Assembly: GCA_036339465.1 (NCBI GenBank)
Contig: JAYZAY010000059.1
Span: 1 to 64,000 of the forward strand
DNA: 64,000 nucleotides
Source of the DNA: Myxococcota bacterium
Lineage (GTDB): Bacteria > Myxococcota > XYA12-FULL-58-9 > JABJBS01
Direction: 5' to 3'
The notes under the pieces were generated by a model. It saw only the letters and a list, made by a program, of their open reading frames with translations. It had not been told where the DNA came from and did no database searches. Below, one piece after another: positions 17,593-28,075 of the stretch (within the stretch, counting starts at the first letter, position 1; each line of letters starts with the position of its first letter). Position numbers and translations under genes: made by a program.

Positions 17593-17996
17593 GATGGGAT
17601 CCTGTCATGTCAATAATTGTGGTTCAAGTCCACATTGATTTGCCATGCAGGCTAACGTCTTGAGTCATAAGTTGAGTGGAAATTATATTGATTAAGACTG
17701 GATAATTGCGAAAGCAGAGGATGTAGGTCTTTGTAGGGAGTCTCCCTCTATTTCGACCTATTTTGAGACGCTTGCCGAAAATGTTTTGGTGAGTATGATC
17801 AACATGTTGTCTTTTTTGAGTTTAATAAGTCTTTGTTATTTCAACATATTAGAGAATATTAGGACATGAAGCGACCATTGTAACGATTTTGAACTAAAAT
17901 TAGTTTTGACAGTCAGATTTGCTAAAGATAAACTCCAGAATGCCGTAATTATTAAAATTTTTGATGTTGATAACTTTAGGGGAAGAGGGGATATCA

Positions 17997-18785
17997 ATGG
18001 ATTGGAGCCAGTTTGATCCGGACAGCGCAATAAGAGAACGCTATCTGGATATAGATGAGATAACAGAAGACGTTCGAGACACCATTGAGTTAAGTGGATG
18101 GGACTTGGATGAGTTTGTAAATGTTTACGACATTTCGTGGGTTTATCATGAAAATGGTCTTGAGGGTGTGGTTTTGACGTATCCTGAGATTCGCAGTGCC
18201 GTGGACAATAAAATTGTGAGTGACGTAAGTCTACTACGGACTTATCGTGATATTAAGGCGCAAAAGCAGTGCATCGATTTGATGCGCCAGAAAGCCCTAC
18301 TGTCGAAATCTAATATCACCATTAAATTCCTGAAACAGCTTCATGGCATTCTACTGCATCACGGGGAAATGTCGGGCCAGTACCGGAAAGATATTCCGAT
18401 TCATAGAACCTACTTTCACGAGATAGCTCACCCAGACCAAATTGAGACACGATTAAAGAGTGTATTGGATTACCTCAATGCGCCGGTTGGCCGGGACACT
18501 CACCAAGTGGAATTTGCAGCCAATGTACATCATCGGTTTATGAGGGTGTTTCCGTTCTCAAAATTTAGTGGGATTATCGGTCGGTTACTCTTGAATTATG
18601 TGTTGGATAGAATGCGTTATTTTCCTGCGGTGATTCATGCAACCGATAGGCAGAAGTACTATGAAGCACTCAGAGGTGAGGAGAGTGGATTTCGCGACTT
18701 TCTATGTGATACTTTAGAGAACGGGCTAGACAATACTGTCAAGTTTTTTCGCCAGCAGAAAGCTTCGGCCGCGCGACAGGCTTAG
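17997..18785 (+). CDS. Fic-family protein with degenerate catalytic loop
   Basis: SWVYHENGLEG, LKQLHGIL, GQYRK, FPFSKFSGIIGRLLLN, DRQKYYEAL; GA-rich SD before ATG 17997. Confidence 0.85.
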   Translation: MDWSQFDPDSAIRERYLDIDEITEDVRDTIELSGWDLDEFVNVYDISWVYHENGLEGVVLTYPEIRSAVDNKIVSDVSLLRTYRDIKAQKQCIDLMRQKALLSKSNITIKFLKQLHGILLHHGEMSGQYRKDIPIHRTYFHEIAHPDQIETRLKSVLDYLNAPVGRDTHQVEFAANVHHRFMRVFPFSKFSGIIGRLLLNYVLDRMRYFPAVIHATDRQKYYEALRGEESGFRDFLCDTLENGLDNTVKFFRQQKASAARQA

Positions 18786-19035
18786 GGCGTTTCAGCTTTA
18801 ATGCTTGGTTAGCCGGGGCCTATATTCTAGCTATGCCTATCCCATATTTTGTCCTTGAATTACAGACAGGTTCCACCCTCTAAATGATAGCCCCTGGGGG
18901 CATCTTTTTGAATTAGGTATTTACAGATTCCAAGGGGATGTGCTACGTCTCACTCCTATGGACTTCAATGAAAATGCCCGAAATTATTGAGGATTGTTGC
19001 TCCACCTGAACATGCTGGAGGAATCAGGTAATACT

Positions 19036-19704
19036 ATGTCACTGAATACTTCATTATCGGCGGAGGGGGATGGTTTCCCTAAGCCCGGAGACTTCCTGTT
19101 AAAGGATGGTGTTAGGGTTGAGGTTTTTGCCCGAGCTCAATTGCCGACCCGCTTTGGTGATTTTGAGGTTTTCATATTCAAGAACAATTTGGACGCTAAG
19201 GAACATTTGGCGGTTGTGACAAGGGGTGGGGTCGGTGGGGATGGGGATTTGCCCGTAAGAGTTCATTCGGAGTGCCTTACAGGGGATGTTCTGGGTTCAT
19301 TAAGATGCGACTGTCGTGACCAGCTCGAAATTGCTTTGAGGATGCTGGGGCGTGAACCAAAGGCGATGCTGATTTATATGAGGCAGGAGGGGCGCGGGAT
19401 TGGTTTGGGCAATAAGATTCGGGCTTATGCTTTGCAGCAAGAGGGCTTGGATACGGTGCAAGCCAATGAGCATTTGGGGTTTGATGATGACCTTAGGGAT
19501 TATCGGGTTTCGGCACTGATGATTCAACTGTTTGGACCGAGGTCCATTCATTTAGCGACCAATAACCCAAGCAAAATAAGTGGCTTAAGAGAATTTGGTG
19601 TCAATATAACCGCCCGGATCCCCGTCTTGACTGATGTGAATCCACATAACACAGATTATCTTTGCACAAAGGCCCGTAAATCTGGCCATATTCTTCCCTT
19701 CTAG
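19036..19704 (+). CDS. ribA: GTP cyclohydrolase II
   Basis: LPTRFGDF, VRVHSECLTGDVLGSLRCDCRDQL, QEGRGIGLGNK, TNNPSK; start uncertain (ORF from 18994). Confidence 0.96.
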   Translation: MSLNTSLSAEGDGFPKPGDFLLKDGVRVEVFARAQLPTRFGDFEVFIFKNNLDAKEHLAVVTRGGVGGDGDLPVRVHSECLTGDVLGSLRCDCRDQLEIALRMLGREPKAMLIYMRQEGRGIGLGNKIRAYALQQEGLDTVQANEHLGFDDDLRDYRVSALMIQLFGPRSIHLATNNPSKISGLREFGVNITARIPVLTDVNPHNTDYLCTKARKSGHILPF

Positions 19705-19711
19705 GTTTCCC

Positions 19712-20833
19712 ATGACTGAATATCTCGACTTCAATGCAGGTAGCCCAATTGGTCAGGAAGCGTGGCAGGCCTACCGAGAGGGGTGTCGCTTTATTGCCAA
19801 TCCATCCTCACCCCATGAGCTGGCGAAAAATGGCAGAGAAGTCCTAGAGCGTTGTCGGCGGGAATTGGCGGATTGGTTTGGAGTGGGTCCCGATTGGGTC
19901 ACTTTCACCAGTGGGGGCACTGAAGCCAATGCGCTGCTTCTTTTGGGGTTTCCATGGTGTGAGGGAGATGTTGTCCTCAGTTCTTCACTGGAGCATCCAG
20001 CCGTGCTCAAGAACCTAGAATATCTCGATTCACAAGGCCAAATTGAATTGGGTCGGTTGCCGATAGACGTACATGGACGGGTATTGGTAGAGGCTGTTGA
20101 AGCCGAAGTGAGAAAGAGGCCGGTCAGAATGATTTCGGTCATGGGGGCGCAGAATGAGACAGGTGTTATCCAACCAATTTCAGAGATAGCCAAATTGTGC
20201 GCAGATCACGGTGTGATTTTTCACAGTGATACGATTCAACTGTGCGGGAAATATGATTTTAGATCGCTTTTGGATGGGGTCGATGCTTGGACCATGGCGG
20301 CGCATAAATTTGGTGCAGTGGCGGGTGTAGGGGTCCTTTTTTCGCGGCCAGGCTTAGGTCTAGAGGCTTTACTGGGTGGAGGCGGGCAAGAAAACGGCCT
20401 TAGGTCGTCAACTCAAAATGTTCCAGGTATTATGTCCCTTGCTCGGGCCTTTAGAGCTGCCAACGACCATTTGGGGCAGTGGAATGAAATTGCGCTTCAG
20501 CGGGATCAAATGGAAGAGGCATTGAGGGAGAGGCTCGAAGGAATTGAGATCATTGGTTCTGAAGTTGACCGTTTAGCCAATACTTCCATGTTTCGGGCGA
20601 AGGGCTGCCCGGGAGACGGGCTTATGATGTTTCTCGATGTTGAGGGGTATGAGATTGCTACAGGTAGTGCCTGTAGTTCGGGGTCAATATCTCCCTCGGA
20701 AGCACTGTTGGCGATGGGATATTCGGAAGCAGATGCTAGAGAGTTTGTTCGTATTTCATTTGGCCCTCAGCTGGTTTCAATGGAGGGTCTAATTCAGAAA
20801 ATTGTGGAGGGTGTTACTTTAGCTAGAGCTTAG
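19712..20833 (+). CDS. Cysteine desulfurase (IscS/NifS group I)
   Basis: YLDFNA, NPSSPH, FTSGGTEAN, NETGVIQP, AAHKFG, ATGSACSSG. Confidence 0.92.
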   Translation: MTEYLDFNAGSPIGQEAWQAYREGCRFIANPSSPHELAKNGREVLERCRRELADWFGVGPDWVTFTSGGTEANALLLLGFPWCEGDVVLSSSLEHPAVLKNLEYLDSQGQIELGRLPIDVHGRVLVEAVEAEVRKRPVRMISVMGAQNETGVIQPISEIAKLCADHGVIFHSDTIQLCGKYDFRSLLDGVDAWTMAAHKFGAVAGVGVLFSRPGLGLEALLGGGGQENGLRSSTQNVPGIMSLARAFRAANDHLGQWNEIALQRDQMEEALRERLEGIEIIGSEVDRLANTSMFRAKGCPGDGLMMFLDVEGYEIATGSACSSGSISPSEALLAMGYSEADAREFVRISFGPQLVSMEGLIQKIVEGVTLARA

Positions 20834-20841
20834 CCGCCCTT

Positions 20842-21387
20842 TTATTTTTTCACGGGGCTTGCCACGATGATGACCCTGCCTTCACGTTCTTGAATTGAGA
20901 ATGAAACTTGGTTGCATTGAAATTTGTCTTGGACTTCTTTTTTCTTTTTCAAAAGTGCCGAAGCGAACGAATCTCGATTGATTGCTTTACCTGTATTTTT
21001 TTTACTCAGCTGATTGAACTCGGCCAAAAGGCTATCCACGCTTTTTTCGCTTTTTTCGCTTTTTTCGCTTTTTTCGGGGGCGGAGACCATAGGCGCTCTA
21101 TCTTTTGACTTGGGTGGCTTGTGGTAGGTTCCTTCTTCTATTTGGCGTACGGTTCGTTCCCAGCGGGCTTCATAAGTCGCGAATTGTGCTCTTAAGCTCT
21201 GTAGCAGGAACTTCTCTGCAGTATTACTGATGCGTGTGGCACTCAATTCCCGAAGCTTACGTTTGAATACGTCCCTTTCTCTTAATGGGGCACGTCTCTC
21301 TTGTCCTGAAAAGTAGAGTTCAAATATCTTTTTTAGCTCCTGAAGTTCGGCGTGGAGTTGTTGATGTGTTTGTTTGAATGAACTCAT
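20842..21387 (-). CDS. Hypothetical protein resembling the myxobacterial MXAN_5187 C-terminal-domain family
   Basis: FELYFSGQERRAP, W....RQIEEGTY, C-terminal VSFSIQEREGRVIIVASP (family recalled from memory). Confidence 0.7.
   Translation of the reverse strand: MSSFKQTHQQLHAELQELKKIFELYFSGQERRAPLRERDVFKRKLRELSATRISNTAEKFLLQSLRAQFATYEARWERTVRQIEEGTYHKPPKSKDRAPMVSAPEKSEKSEKSEKSVDSLLAEFNQLSKKNTGKAINRDSFASALLKKKKEVQDKFQCNQVSFSIQEREGRVIIVASPVKK
21041..21076. repeat. In-frame 9-bp tandem repeat (CTTTTTTCG)x4 encoding EKS repeats
   Basis: Four exact units within the linker of ORF 20842..21387. Confidence 0.9.
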
Positions 21388-21421
21388 TTCATGAAGAGTG
21401 TACTGAAGTCAGTACTTCTAG

Positions 21422-22903
21422 TCACGGCTCTTTTGAGCGTATGCCTAAGGGCGATGACGGTTTTTCTTTGTCGGGTTCTTGAGTCGCAAGAACATTTCCG
21501 AGGTTGTCTTGAACTTGCCAAATATCCTGTATGGATCGCCGGTAGTTGTTCACCAAGAACGAAAAAAGAAACGGTCGGTTTTTGTGGTCAAAAACAATCC
21601 CCGAAAGCGCGCTAGCGATCTTAAGTGTTCCGGTTTTTCCTCGAAGTCGTTTGTTGGCGCGGCCTTCTTCCATTCTGGTGGAGAGTGTTCCGTTTTGTCC
21701 GGCAATGGAAAGTGATGCTAGGTATTCTGTTTTCAGTTCTGGTTTCTTGAGCATAAATTGGAGCAACCTGGTTACTTGTCGTGTTGAGACCCGATTGACA
21801 TCGTGAAGGCCGCTTGCATTTTCGATGCTAAATGTGGTGGTGATCCCAACTTCTTTTGTTAAGAAGTCATGGATGGACTTTTTGCCCTTGTCCCAAGTTC
21901 CTGGAATGCCATAGCGAATTGCTCCGACGGCCCTTGCCAGTTGAGATGCCATGAAATTGTTGGAGTATTGATTCACCTTCGTGATGAGTTCCGCGAGTCT
22001 GGGGGATTCCATTTCTACGAGGATTGGCACGGCTTCTGGCCGATGCCCGACTTTGACATTTCCATGAACTCTGACCCCGGTTTGCGTCAATAAATCCTTC
22101 AAAACAGCCCCCGCATGTAAGGCGCTGTGAGGGATTCTACGCCAGTAGCCTAGGGGACCGTCAGCGACATTCAGTTTACCGCTCACCACGACGGTGGCTT
22201 TATCTCCAGTGGGCACGATGTCGACCTTTAGATTGGTTGATTCGCTGTCCTGTGTGAGGATTTCACCCTGGATATTCAAGTAGGAGCTGGTTGGTTCGAT
22301 TTCGATCGTGGCAGGCTCATTGAGTTTCGTTGCAGGGCGAATGTGTACGTGTACTGCGTTGAAGCCGACGCTTACGGCACCAGCGGGGGACATATAGGCA
22401 TTGGAGGTGAGGTCTTGTTCTACACCTGAAGCGTGCATGGGCCCACTAAAATAGGAGTTATCGACATAGATGTCGCCCTTAATTTCCCGAACACCAAGAT
22501 ATCGCAGACGGTTGGCAAGATACCAAATCCGTTCTGGGACAAGCCAGGGGTCGCCATCACTTTGGAGGTAGATGTCACTTTCGATGGTATTTCCGTTGGG
22601 TGGCGAACCGAAAATTCGAGTCATGAATCGATATTCGCTTCCCAGGTAAAAGAGGGCTGCAGCGGTGGTGAATAGTTTGATGGTGGAGGCGGGGATCAAA
22701 CTCTCATCGGGATTGTGGCTGTACAGAACCTTATCTTTTTCAAAATCGAGAACATGAAGTGATACGTTGGCACCTTCCAAGAATGGATGATTTACGATGT
22801 TTTCTAGCTCATGATGAATTGGATGGACCGAAACTGGCTTATTAGCGGAGTCTGTAGGTGAAGTTGCAAACAGTCCAATACTGAGAATGAAGGTATTAAG
22901 CAT
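21422..22903 (-). CDS. dacB: D-Ala-D-Ala carboxypeptidase/endopeptidase PBP4 (peptidase S13)
   Basis: PASTIK (SxxK), SNN, KTGTL, GDPWL, ASGL. Confidence 0.93.
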   Translation of the reverse strand: MLNTFILSIGLFATSPTDSANKPVSVHPIHHELENIVNHPFLEGANVSLHVLDFEKDKVLYSHNPDESLIPASTIKLFTTAAALFYLGSEYRFMTRIFGSPPNGNTIESDIYLQSDGDPWLVPERIWYLANRLRYLGVREIKGDIYVDNSYFSGPMHASGVEQDLTSNAYMSPAGAVSVGFNAVHVHIRPATKLNEPATIEIEPTSSYLNIQGEILTQDSESTNLKVDIVPTGDKATVVVSGKLNVADGPLGYWRRIPHSALHAGAVLKDLLTQTGVRVHGNVKVGHRPEAVPILVEMESPRLAELITKVNQYSNNFMASQLARAVGAIRYGIPGTWDKGKKSIHDFLTKEVGITTTFSIENASGLHDVNRVSTRQVTRLLQFMLKKPELKTEYLASLSIAGQNGTLSTRMEEGRANKRLRGKTGTLKIASALSGIVFDHKNRPFLFSFLVNNYRRSIQDIWQVQDNLGNVLATQEPDKEKPSSPLGIRSKEP

Positions 22904-22957
22904 GCCGGATATGCTACTCGAAACAATTACTCTTGGCTACTCTTCGTGGTGTGAACC

Positions 22958-23698
22958 TTACCACCGTCCTTTAACGGCAGCGCGACTCATCTTTCCCCCA
23001 ACGGGTGTTTGCTGGTATTGCTTAGGCGGATTTTCCAGATGAAATTGATACCATTGCTCCTTATATGCTTTCATCTTGATCTTTTTACCGTTTTGCAAAG
23101 ACGTGAGAGATTCCTTAACCTTAGGGTCATCTTTGGTGGGCTTGAGAGCTCTCACTAGAAGCGCTTGTGCTTTATCTTGTTCTCCGATCTGGCAGAGAAG
23201 GTAAGCGTACAAATTCCAGACGAGACTTTGTTTCTTGGCTTTTTTCGTGAGAACTTCAAAGGTTTTCTTCATTTCATCATGGTTCTTTTTCTTGTAATGA
23301 ATGACGCCGAGCATGGCGCCACCCATCCAATGACCGAAACCGAGAGAGCGTTCGAGGTAGGGTACGGCTTGATTGTATTGTTTTTGGAGGAAGTAGAGGA
23401 CGCCGATTTGTGAGTCGATCTGTGAGTCGATTCCGAATTGGTCCCTGCCCAAAGGTCGGGCCGCTTCCATTTGTTGAATGGCTAGGTCAAATCTCGGTGG
23501 TGCTTTTTGGAGGTACTGCATGGAGTCGGTAAAGGTGGACTCTGCTTTCTTGAAGGTGCCTCTCGCCAGAATAAAATAGGTGATCATGACTCCTAAGACC
23601 CCAGGTACCACGGATTCACTGAGACTTAGAAGCTCAGGTAAATAGAGCACTAGACAAACTAGAATTCCAACCACGAGCGCTTTTATTAGATTTCGCAT
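22958..23698 (-). CDS. Membrane-anchored TPR protein
   Basis: Two N-terminal TM helices followed by TPR-like helices (QIGVLYFLQKQYNQAVPYLE). Confidence 0.75.
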   Translation of the reverse strand: MRNLIKALVVGILVCLVLYLPELLSLSESVVPGVLGVMITYFILARGTFKKAESTFTDSMQYLQKAPPRFDLAIQQMEAARPLGRDQFGIDSQIDSQIGVLYFLQKQYNQAVPYLERSLGFGHWMGGAMLGVIHYKKKNHDEMKKTFEVLTKKAKKQSLVWNLYAYLLCQIGEQDKAQALLVRALKPTKDDPKVKESLTSLQNGKKIKMKAYKEQWYQFHLENPPKQYQQTPVGGKMSRAAVKGRW

Positions 23699-23825
23699 AA
23701 CTTACTCCCAGCTGCGGCCCATAGCAGCGGTATATCAGCAAGTAAAGTTAGGCTGCTATCTCTTGACGCAGGTTCGATGACTGGAGAAGATCTTCTTTGA
23801 TAGCTAAAATTACTGGGGTTATTCA

Positions 23826-25010
23826 CTAGATCCGAATATAGACATGTAAGGGTAGAATGATGCCGGGCTCTTTCGAAAATTGGCAGATGCGCTGGATATC
23901 ATTAAAGTCTAGGCGGGTTCCGGCGGTGGCAAGCGTGACTCCGTGAAGGGTATCAACAGGTGTTTTAACCAACATGCCTGTGCAGAGTTCTTCTGGTGTT
24001 ACTGTTTTTTCCACAAATGTGTCGGGGGGGAAGTCGATATGGAAAAAAGCATCGAGTAATTCAGGAGGGTAGGGGGGGGTTTCTGCTTTCATTTCGTTAA
24101 TGATGGCAGCCACTTCAGCCTCATTATCTAGACCTAAATCAAATCGTAGGCATGCTCTAAGAAGCTGTTGGCCCAATTGAATCAGGTCGTCCTCTCCGTC
24201 GAATGAAAATGTGGTTTCATTCCAAGGCGTGAGTTGACCACCGACGATATAAGCGACTCTTTCTAATCGGGGAATCCGCTCCAGAAGATTTCTTGCAGCC
24301 TCCATGTGACCACAATAACTTGCCCACTCATCCCCGGTTAGTTCCATATTTGAAGCGTATTTATTCAGAACTTCCATGGGGACGGTGATGCAGCCTATCT
24401 GAGAAAGCAAGGCGGCAATTTCGAATTCCCAAGTTTCGGGTATTGCGAAATGCCGACACAGTCTTTTAACCATTTTTTCGGCTCTATTGCTGGTGCTAAA
24501 AGCTAGGGGACTGGCGAGACCCATGGCCTCGGACAAAACTCTCACCGATGCTTTGAGCGTATTTTCCATGATATCCCGCTGAATGTCGCCTTTGTGTTTT
24601 TCCTCCATCGCCAGTTTTATGATTTCCACGAGGTCATTTTTGGGACACGGCTTGTTTAGGTAGCGAAAGATCTTTCCCTCGTTTACAGCGCGCATTGCCG
24701 CATCGAGATCCGCATGGCCTGTGAGGAGTATTCGCACTGCTTGTGGGGCTAACTGGCGTGCCTTCTTTAAGAATGTAGCACCATCCATTTCGGGCATTCG
24801 CATATCTGAAATAATGATATCAAAGTCGTCGTTTCTTTTCAGAATCTCGATGGCTGCGTGGCCGCCATCGGCGGTGGTAACCTTAGCTGTTTGTCGCAAG
24901 TTGAGTTCGAGTCCTTCAAGGATCATGGACTCGTCGTCCACGCAGAGTACTTTTGCTTTGTGAGTGTTCTTTTCGGACTTGTGAATGGTTGGGTTCTTAC
25001 GAGTCGGCAT
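23826..25010 (-). CDS. Response regulator with degenerate HD-type output domain
   Basis: REC motifs LCVDDE, ISDMRMP, LTG, KP; C-terminal AALLSQIGC where HD domains have HD. Confidence 0.85.
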   Translation of the reverse strand: MPTRKNPTIHKSEKNTHKAKVLCVDDESMILEGLELNLRQTAKVTTADGGHAAIEILKRNDDFDIIISDMRMPEMDGATFLKKARQLAPQAVRILLTGHADLDAAMRAVNEGKIFRYLNKPCPKNDLVEIIKLAMEEKHKGDIQRDIMENTLKASVRVLSEAMGLASPLAFSTSNRAEKMVKRLCRHFAIPETWEFEIAALLSQIGCITVPMEVLNKYASNMELTGDEWASYCGHMEAARNLLERIPRLERVAYIVGGQLTPWNETTFSFDGEDDLIQLGQQLLRACLRFDLGLDNEAEVAAIINEMKAETPPYPPELLDAFFHIDFPPDTFVEKTVTPEELCTGMLVKTPVDTLHGVTLATAGTRLDFNDIQRICQFSKEPGIILPLHVYIRI

Positions 25011-25023
25011 TTCTATGCTTCCT

Positions 25024-26397
25024 TCATTCCCTATTTGATTCGGCTAATTTTGCCCCAATAATATCTTCACACACTTTTTGCCAATCTGCTAAGGACTTTT
25101 TACCCAATTGGGTTTTATACCAGCTGTCGAAGTTTTGAATATGCTCTTGTGTTTCAACTTGGGCAAGCATGCAGAGGTGATGATGTTTTTTCGACCATTT
25201 GGTCATGGTTTCGATAACGGTGAGTAGGCTCAAATGAGTTACGTATAGTTCCGGTTTTTCGATTATGGGTCCCGATTTGTTGGTCGCGATAGTTTGGTAG
25301 ATTGAGGTGAGCTCTGTGGGCAGTCCCCAAAGGGTGAGTAGATAGTGGGAAGCCTCTAGTACTTGGGAAATTGAAAGGGTGGGGAATCCAGGTTGTTCGC
25401 CCTTTTCTTTGGTATCCATGACAAATTTTCTCAGATAGGGAAGGAGCCCGATACACGAGAGCAGTCCATTCACGCGAGGTTGTGCTGGAATATTTTGTTG
25501 CTGACAAATTTCTTGTGAGAAGTCTGCAATGAAATTGCTACACCGTTCAAAATTGGTGAGATATTGGTGGGTATTGGGCCTATTTTCCTTAATTGGGTCA
25601 GCAAGTACTTTTGATTGGGCTAGGGTCGCCATAATTTCGTTGCCTAGGTGGTCAATGGCATCGAACGGGTCAAAAAGTGTTTTGGGCATTCCGAAAAATG
25701 ACGAACTCACCAATTGCAGTAACTTTGCAGCAAGGGCTGGATTATGGCTGAGTATGAAGTTTAATGTTTCGGAATGACAGTTGCTCAAGGATTCTCGGAA
25801 TTTTTCATGGGGCGTGGCATCGGCCGAAAGCGCAGCTTCTCGGTGAAGCTGGGTTCGAAAATTCGTAGGAATCGTGCTTTCTTGAAGTTGCTCACACCGC
25901 TTCAGTGTGTCAACCAAATGGGATTTGTCGCAGGGTTTACCCAAGAATTGGTGGGTTACGGGAATGGCTCGAAGGATTTCGTTTTGATCGCTGTAGCCCG
26001 AGAGCATGATTCGTACGGCTGTGGATTGTGATTTTTTCGTTGTTTCGAGTACTGAAACACCGTCTTTTTTTGGCATTTTCATATCGGAAATGACAATGTC
26101 AAATTTGTTGGGATTCGATAAAAGCAGCTCGGAGGCTCGGACTGGGCAATCAACAAATTCCATTGCCCAGCGTCGCCTTTGCCGTCTTAACATGGTTCGC
26201 ATGCTTTCAAGGATGAGAGGTTCATCATCTACGAAAAGAATCTTCAAAGGTAACTCCAGCAAATTTTCGAGCAGCGAATTTTCGAGACGCTCCCTGTATG
26301 ATAGTTCTCTAAAGATCAACATACAATTCAGTGTATGTTGGGTTATCGGCTCATCTTTTCGGGGAGAGAGGGGCGCCTCCAAAGGGCCCTTGTGCAA
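25024..26397 (-). CDS. Response regulator with HDOD-like domain (true start probably downstream of 26397)
   Basis: LFVDDE, ISDMKMP, HQFLGKP; HDOD-like NPALAAKLLQLVSSSFFG and YLLTLWGLP. Confidence 0.85.
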   Translation of the reverse strand: MHKGPLEAPLSPRKDEPITQHTLNCMLIFRELSYRERLENSLLENLLELPLKILFVDDEPLILESMRTMLRRQRRRWAMEFVDCPVRASELLLSNPNKFDIVISDMKMPKKDGVSVLETTKKSQSTAVRIMLSGYSDQNEILRAIPVTHQFLGKPCDKSHLVDTLKRCEQLQESTIPTNFRTQLHREAALSADATPHEKFRESLSNCHSETLNFILSHNPALAAKLLQLVSSSFFGMPKTLFDPFDAIDHLGNEIMATLAQSKVLADPIKENRPNTHQYLTNFERCSNFIADFSQEICQQQNIPAQPRVNGLLSCIGLLPYLRKFVMDTKEKGEQPGFPTLSISQVLEASHYLLTLWGLPTELTSIYQTIATNKSGPIIEKPELYVTHLSLLTVIETMTKWSKKHHHLCMLAQVETQEHIQNFDSWYKTQLGKKSLADWQKVCEDIIGAKLAESNRE

Positions 26398-26768
26398 GAG
26401 AATAATGGTCTGAGATTGAGACTTGAGCGTGGAGACAGGAAAATATCGAGTCTAAAACCCTAACTGTTGTGATAATTTAGACCAGTAAGGAGCGTTGGGA
26501 AATCTGTCAGGCGTGAACTTGTTGGTTGGGGTGGTTTTCAATGGGTAAAGAAGGTTCTTATAACAACGTTGTGACTAAGGGATCGATTTCTTTGACAATG
26601 AAGGGCTAAGCTGGCTGTAAGTGGCTTTAATAACGAAGCACCCTCAGAAAAGAAGCGGAAAATCTAGTGCGTATTATGATTGAATCACTGGATATTGAGC
26701 TTTAGCTTTCGTAAGAAGTCTACGGATAGCGGCATATGGGGGCGACGATGATGTTGTGGGAGTACTGA

Positions 26769-27521
26769 ATGGCCGGTCATAGTAAGTGGGCAAATATCAA
26801 AAGAAGGAAAGGGGCGGTTGACGCGGCTAGGGGTAAGCTTTTTACGAAACTTGTGAAGGAAATTACGATAGCGGCTCGTTTGGGAGGTGGAGATATCGAT
26901 GGTAATCCACGCCTGCGAGCGGCGGTCACAGCAGCTAAATCCAATAGCATGCCGGCTGAGAATATTTCTCGCGCGGTTAAAAAGGGCACGGGGGCCTTGG
27001 ATGGTCCACCGGTCGAAGAGATTATTTATGAGGGATACGGCTCTGGTGGTATAGCCTACTTAGTGGAATGTCAGACCGATAACCGCAATCGAACGAGCGC
27101 TGAAGTGAGAGCAGCCTTTTCGAAACATGGTGGGAACCTCGGAACTTCGGGTAGTGTTGCTTGGATGTTTAAGAAAGCAGGGCAATTTGCTTTGGATGGT
27201 GCCAAGCATACCGAAGAAGAGATCATGGAGGTTGCAATTGAAGCGGGAGCAGAGGATGTTCAAGTTGAAGGCGGCTCCATCATGGTTACTTGTGAGCCAA
27301 CGAACTTTGCCCGGGTTCTTGATGGATTAGAAGCGGCTAGGGTGAAAATTGAACTCGCTGAATTTGTGATGTTGCCGGTGAACAGCATTTGTGTTCCCGG
27401 CGATTCTATTGCCAAAGTGCTTCAATTAGTTGACCGATTGGAAGGCTTGGATGACGTTATTAGCGTCCATGGCAATTTTGATATTGATGAAGCTGAAATT
27501 GAAGCTTTGATGGCCTCATAG
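26769..27521 (+). CDS. yebC: YebC/PmpR family protein
   Basis: MAGHSKWANIK, NPRLR, YEGYG, TDNRNRT, GSVAWMF. Confidence 0.97.
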   Translation: MAGHSKWANIKRRKGAVDAARGKLFTKLVKEITIAARLGGGDIDGNPRLRAAVTAAKSNSMPAENISRAVKKGTGALDGPPVEEIIYEGYGSGGIAYLVECQTDNRNRTSAEVRAAFSKHGGNLGTSGSVAWMFKKAGQFALDGAKHTEEEIMEVAIEAGAEDVQVEGGSIMVTCEPTNFARVLDGLEAARVKIELAEFVMLPVNSICVPGDSIAKVLQLVDRLEGLDDVISVHGNFDIDEAEIEALMAS

Positions 27522-27552
27522 GCGAAGCTTTGATGATCTTTGGAGCATTAAC

Positions 27553-28065
27553 TTGGTAATACTGGGTATTGATCCAGCGACGATCAATGTGGGCTGGGGT
27601 ATTGTTGAATTTAACGGTTCTAGGTGTGCCCCGCTCGCCTCTGGTGTGATCAAGGTGAAGGGGGCTGTATTGTCTGCTCGCCTTTTGCGTATGGCCAACG
27701 AGATGGATAAAATTATTCAACAATTTCAGCCTGATGTGGGTGTGGTTGAAAAAATTTTTCATGCTAAGAATGCTTCGAGTGCTTTAAAGTTGGGGCATGC
27801 TCGAGGCGCCCTGATATTGTCCTTAAGTCGCGGGGGAATGGATGTGGTTGAGTATGCAGCGACCGAGGTGAAAAAGGGGCTGACTGGTTATGGAAGGGCA
27901 ACGAAAGAACAGGTTCAACATATGGTTTCGATGCTTTTAGGGATTCGTGAATATTCTACATTTGATGAGAGTGATGCCCTTTCTATGGCCCTTTTTCACG
28001 GCCAGCGGTCAGCGACGCCTTCGGGGAGAATGCTCCAGGCACTTCATTTACAATCGAAAAGGTGA
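27553..28065 (+). CDS. ruvC: Holliday junction resolvase RuvC
   Basis: ILGIDP, VEKIF, LGHARG, VKKGLTGYGRATKEQV, DESDAL; TTG start. Confidence 0.96.
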   Translation: MVILGIDPATINVGWGIVEFNGSRCAPLASGVIKVKGAVLSARLLRMANEMDKIIQQFQPDVGVVEKIFHAKNASSALKLGHARGALILSLSRGGMDVVEYAATEVKKGLTGYGRATKEQVQHMVSMLLGIREYSTFDESDALSMALFHGQRSATPSGRMLQALHLQSKR

Positions 28066-28075
28066 GTACAGTTCA

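Noticed and set aside
17593..17996. Antitoxin ORF or mobile-element remnant upstream of the Fic gene
   Set aside because: AT-rich, but no convincing ORF, inverted repeats or target duplication
18786..19035. FMN riboswitch upstream of ribA
   Set aside because: No RFN consensus elements visible
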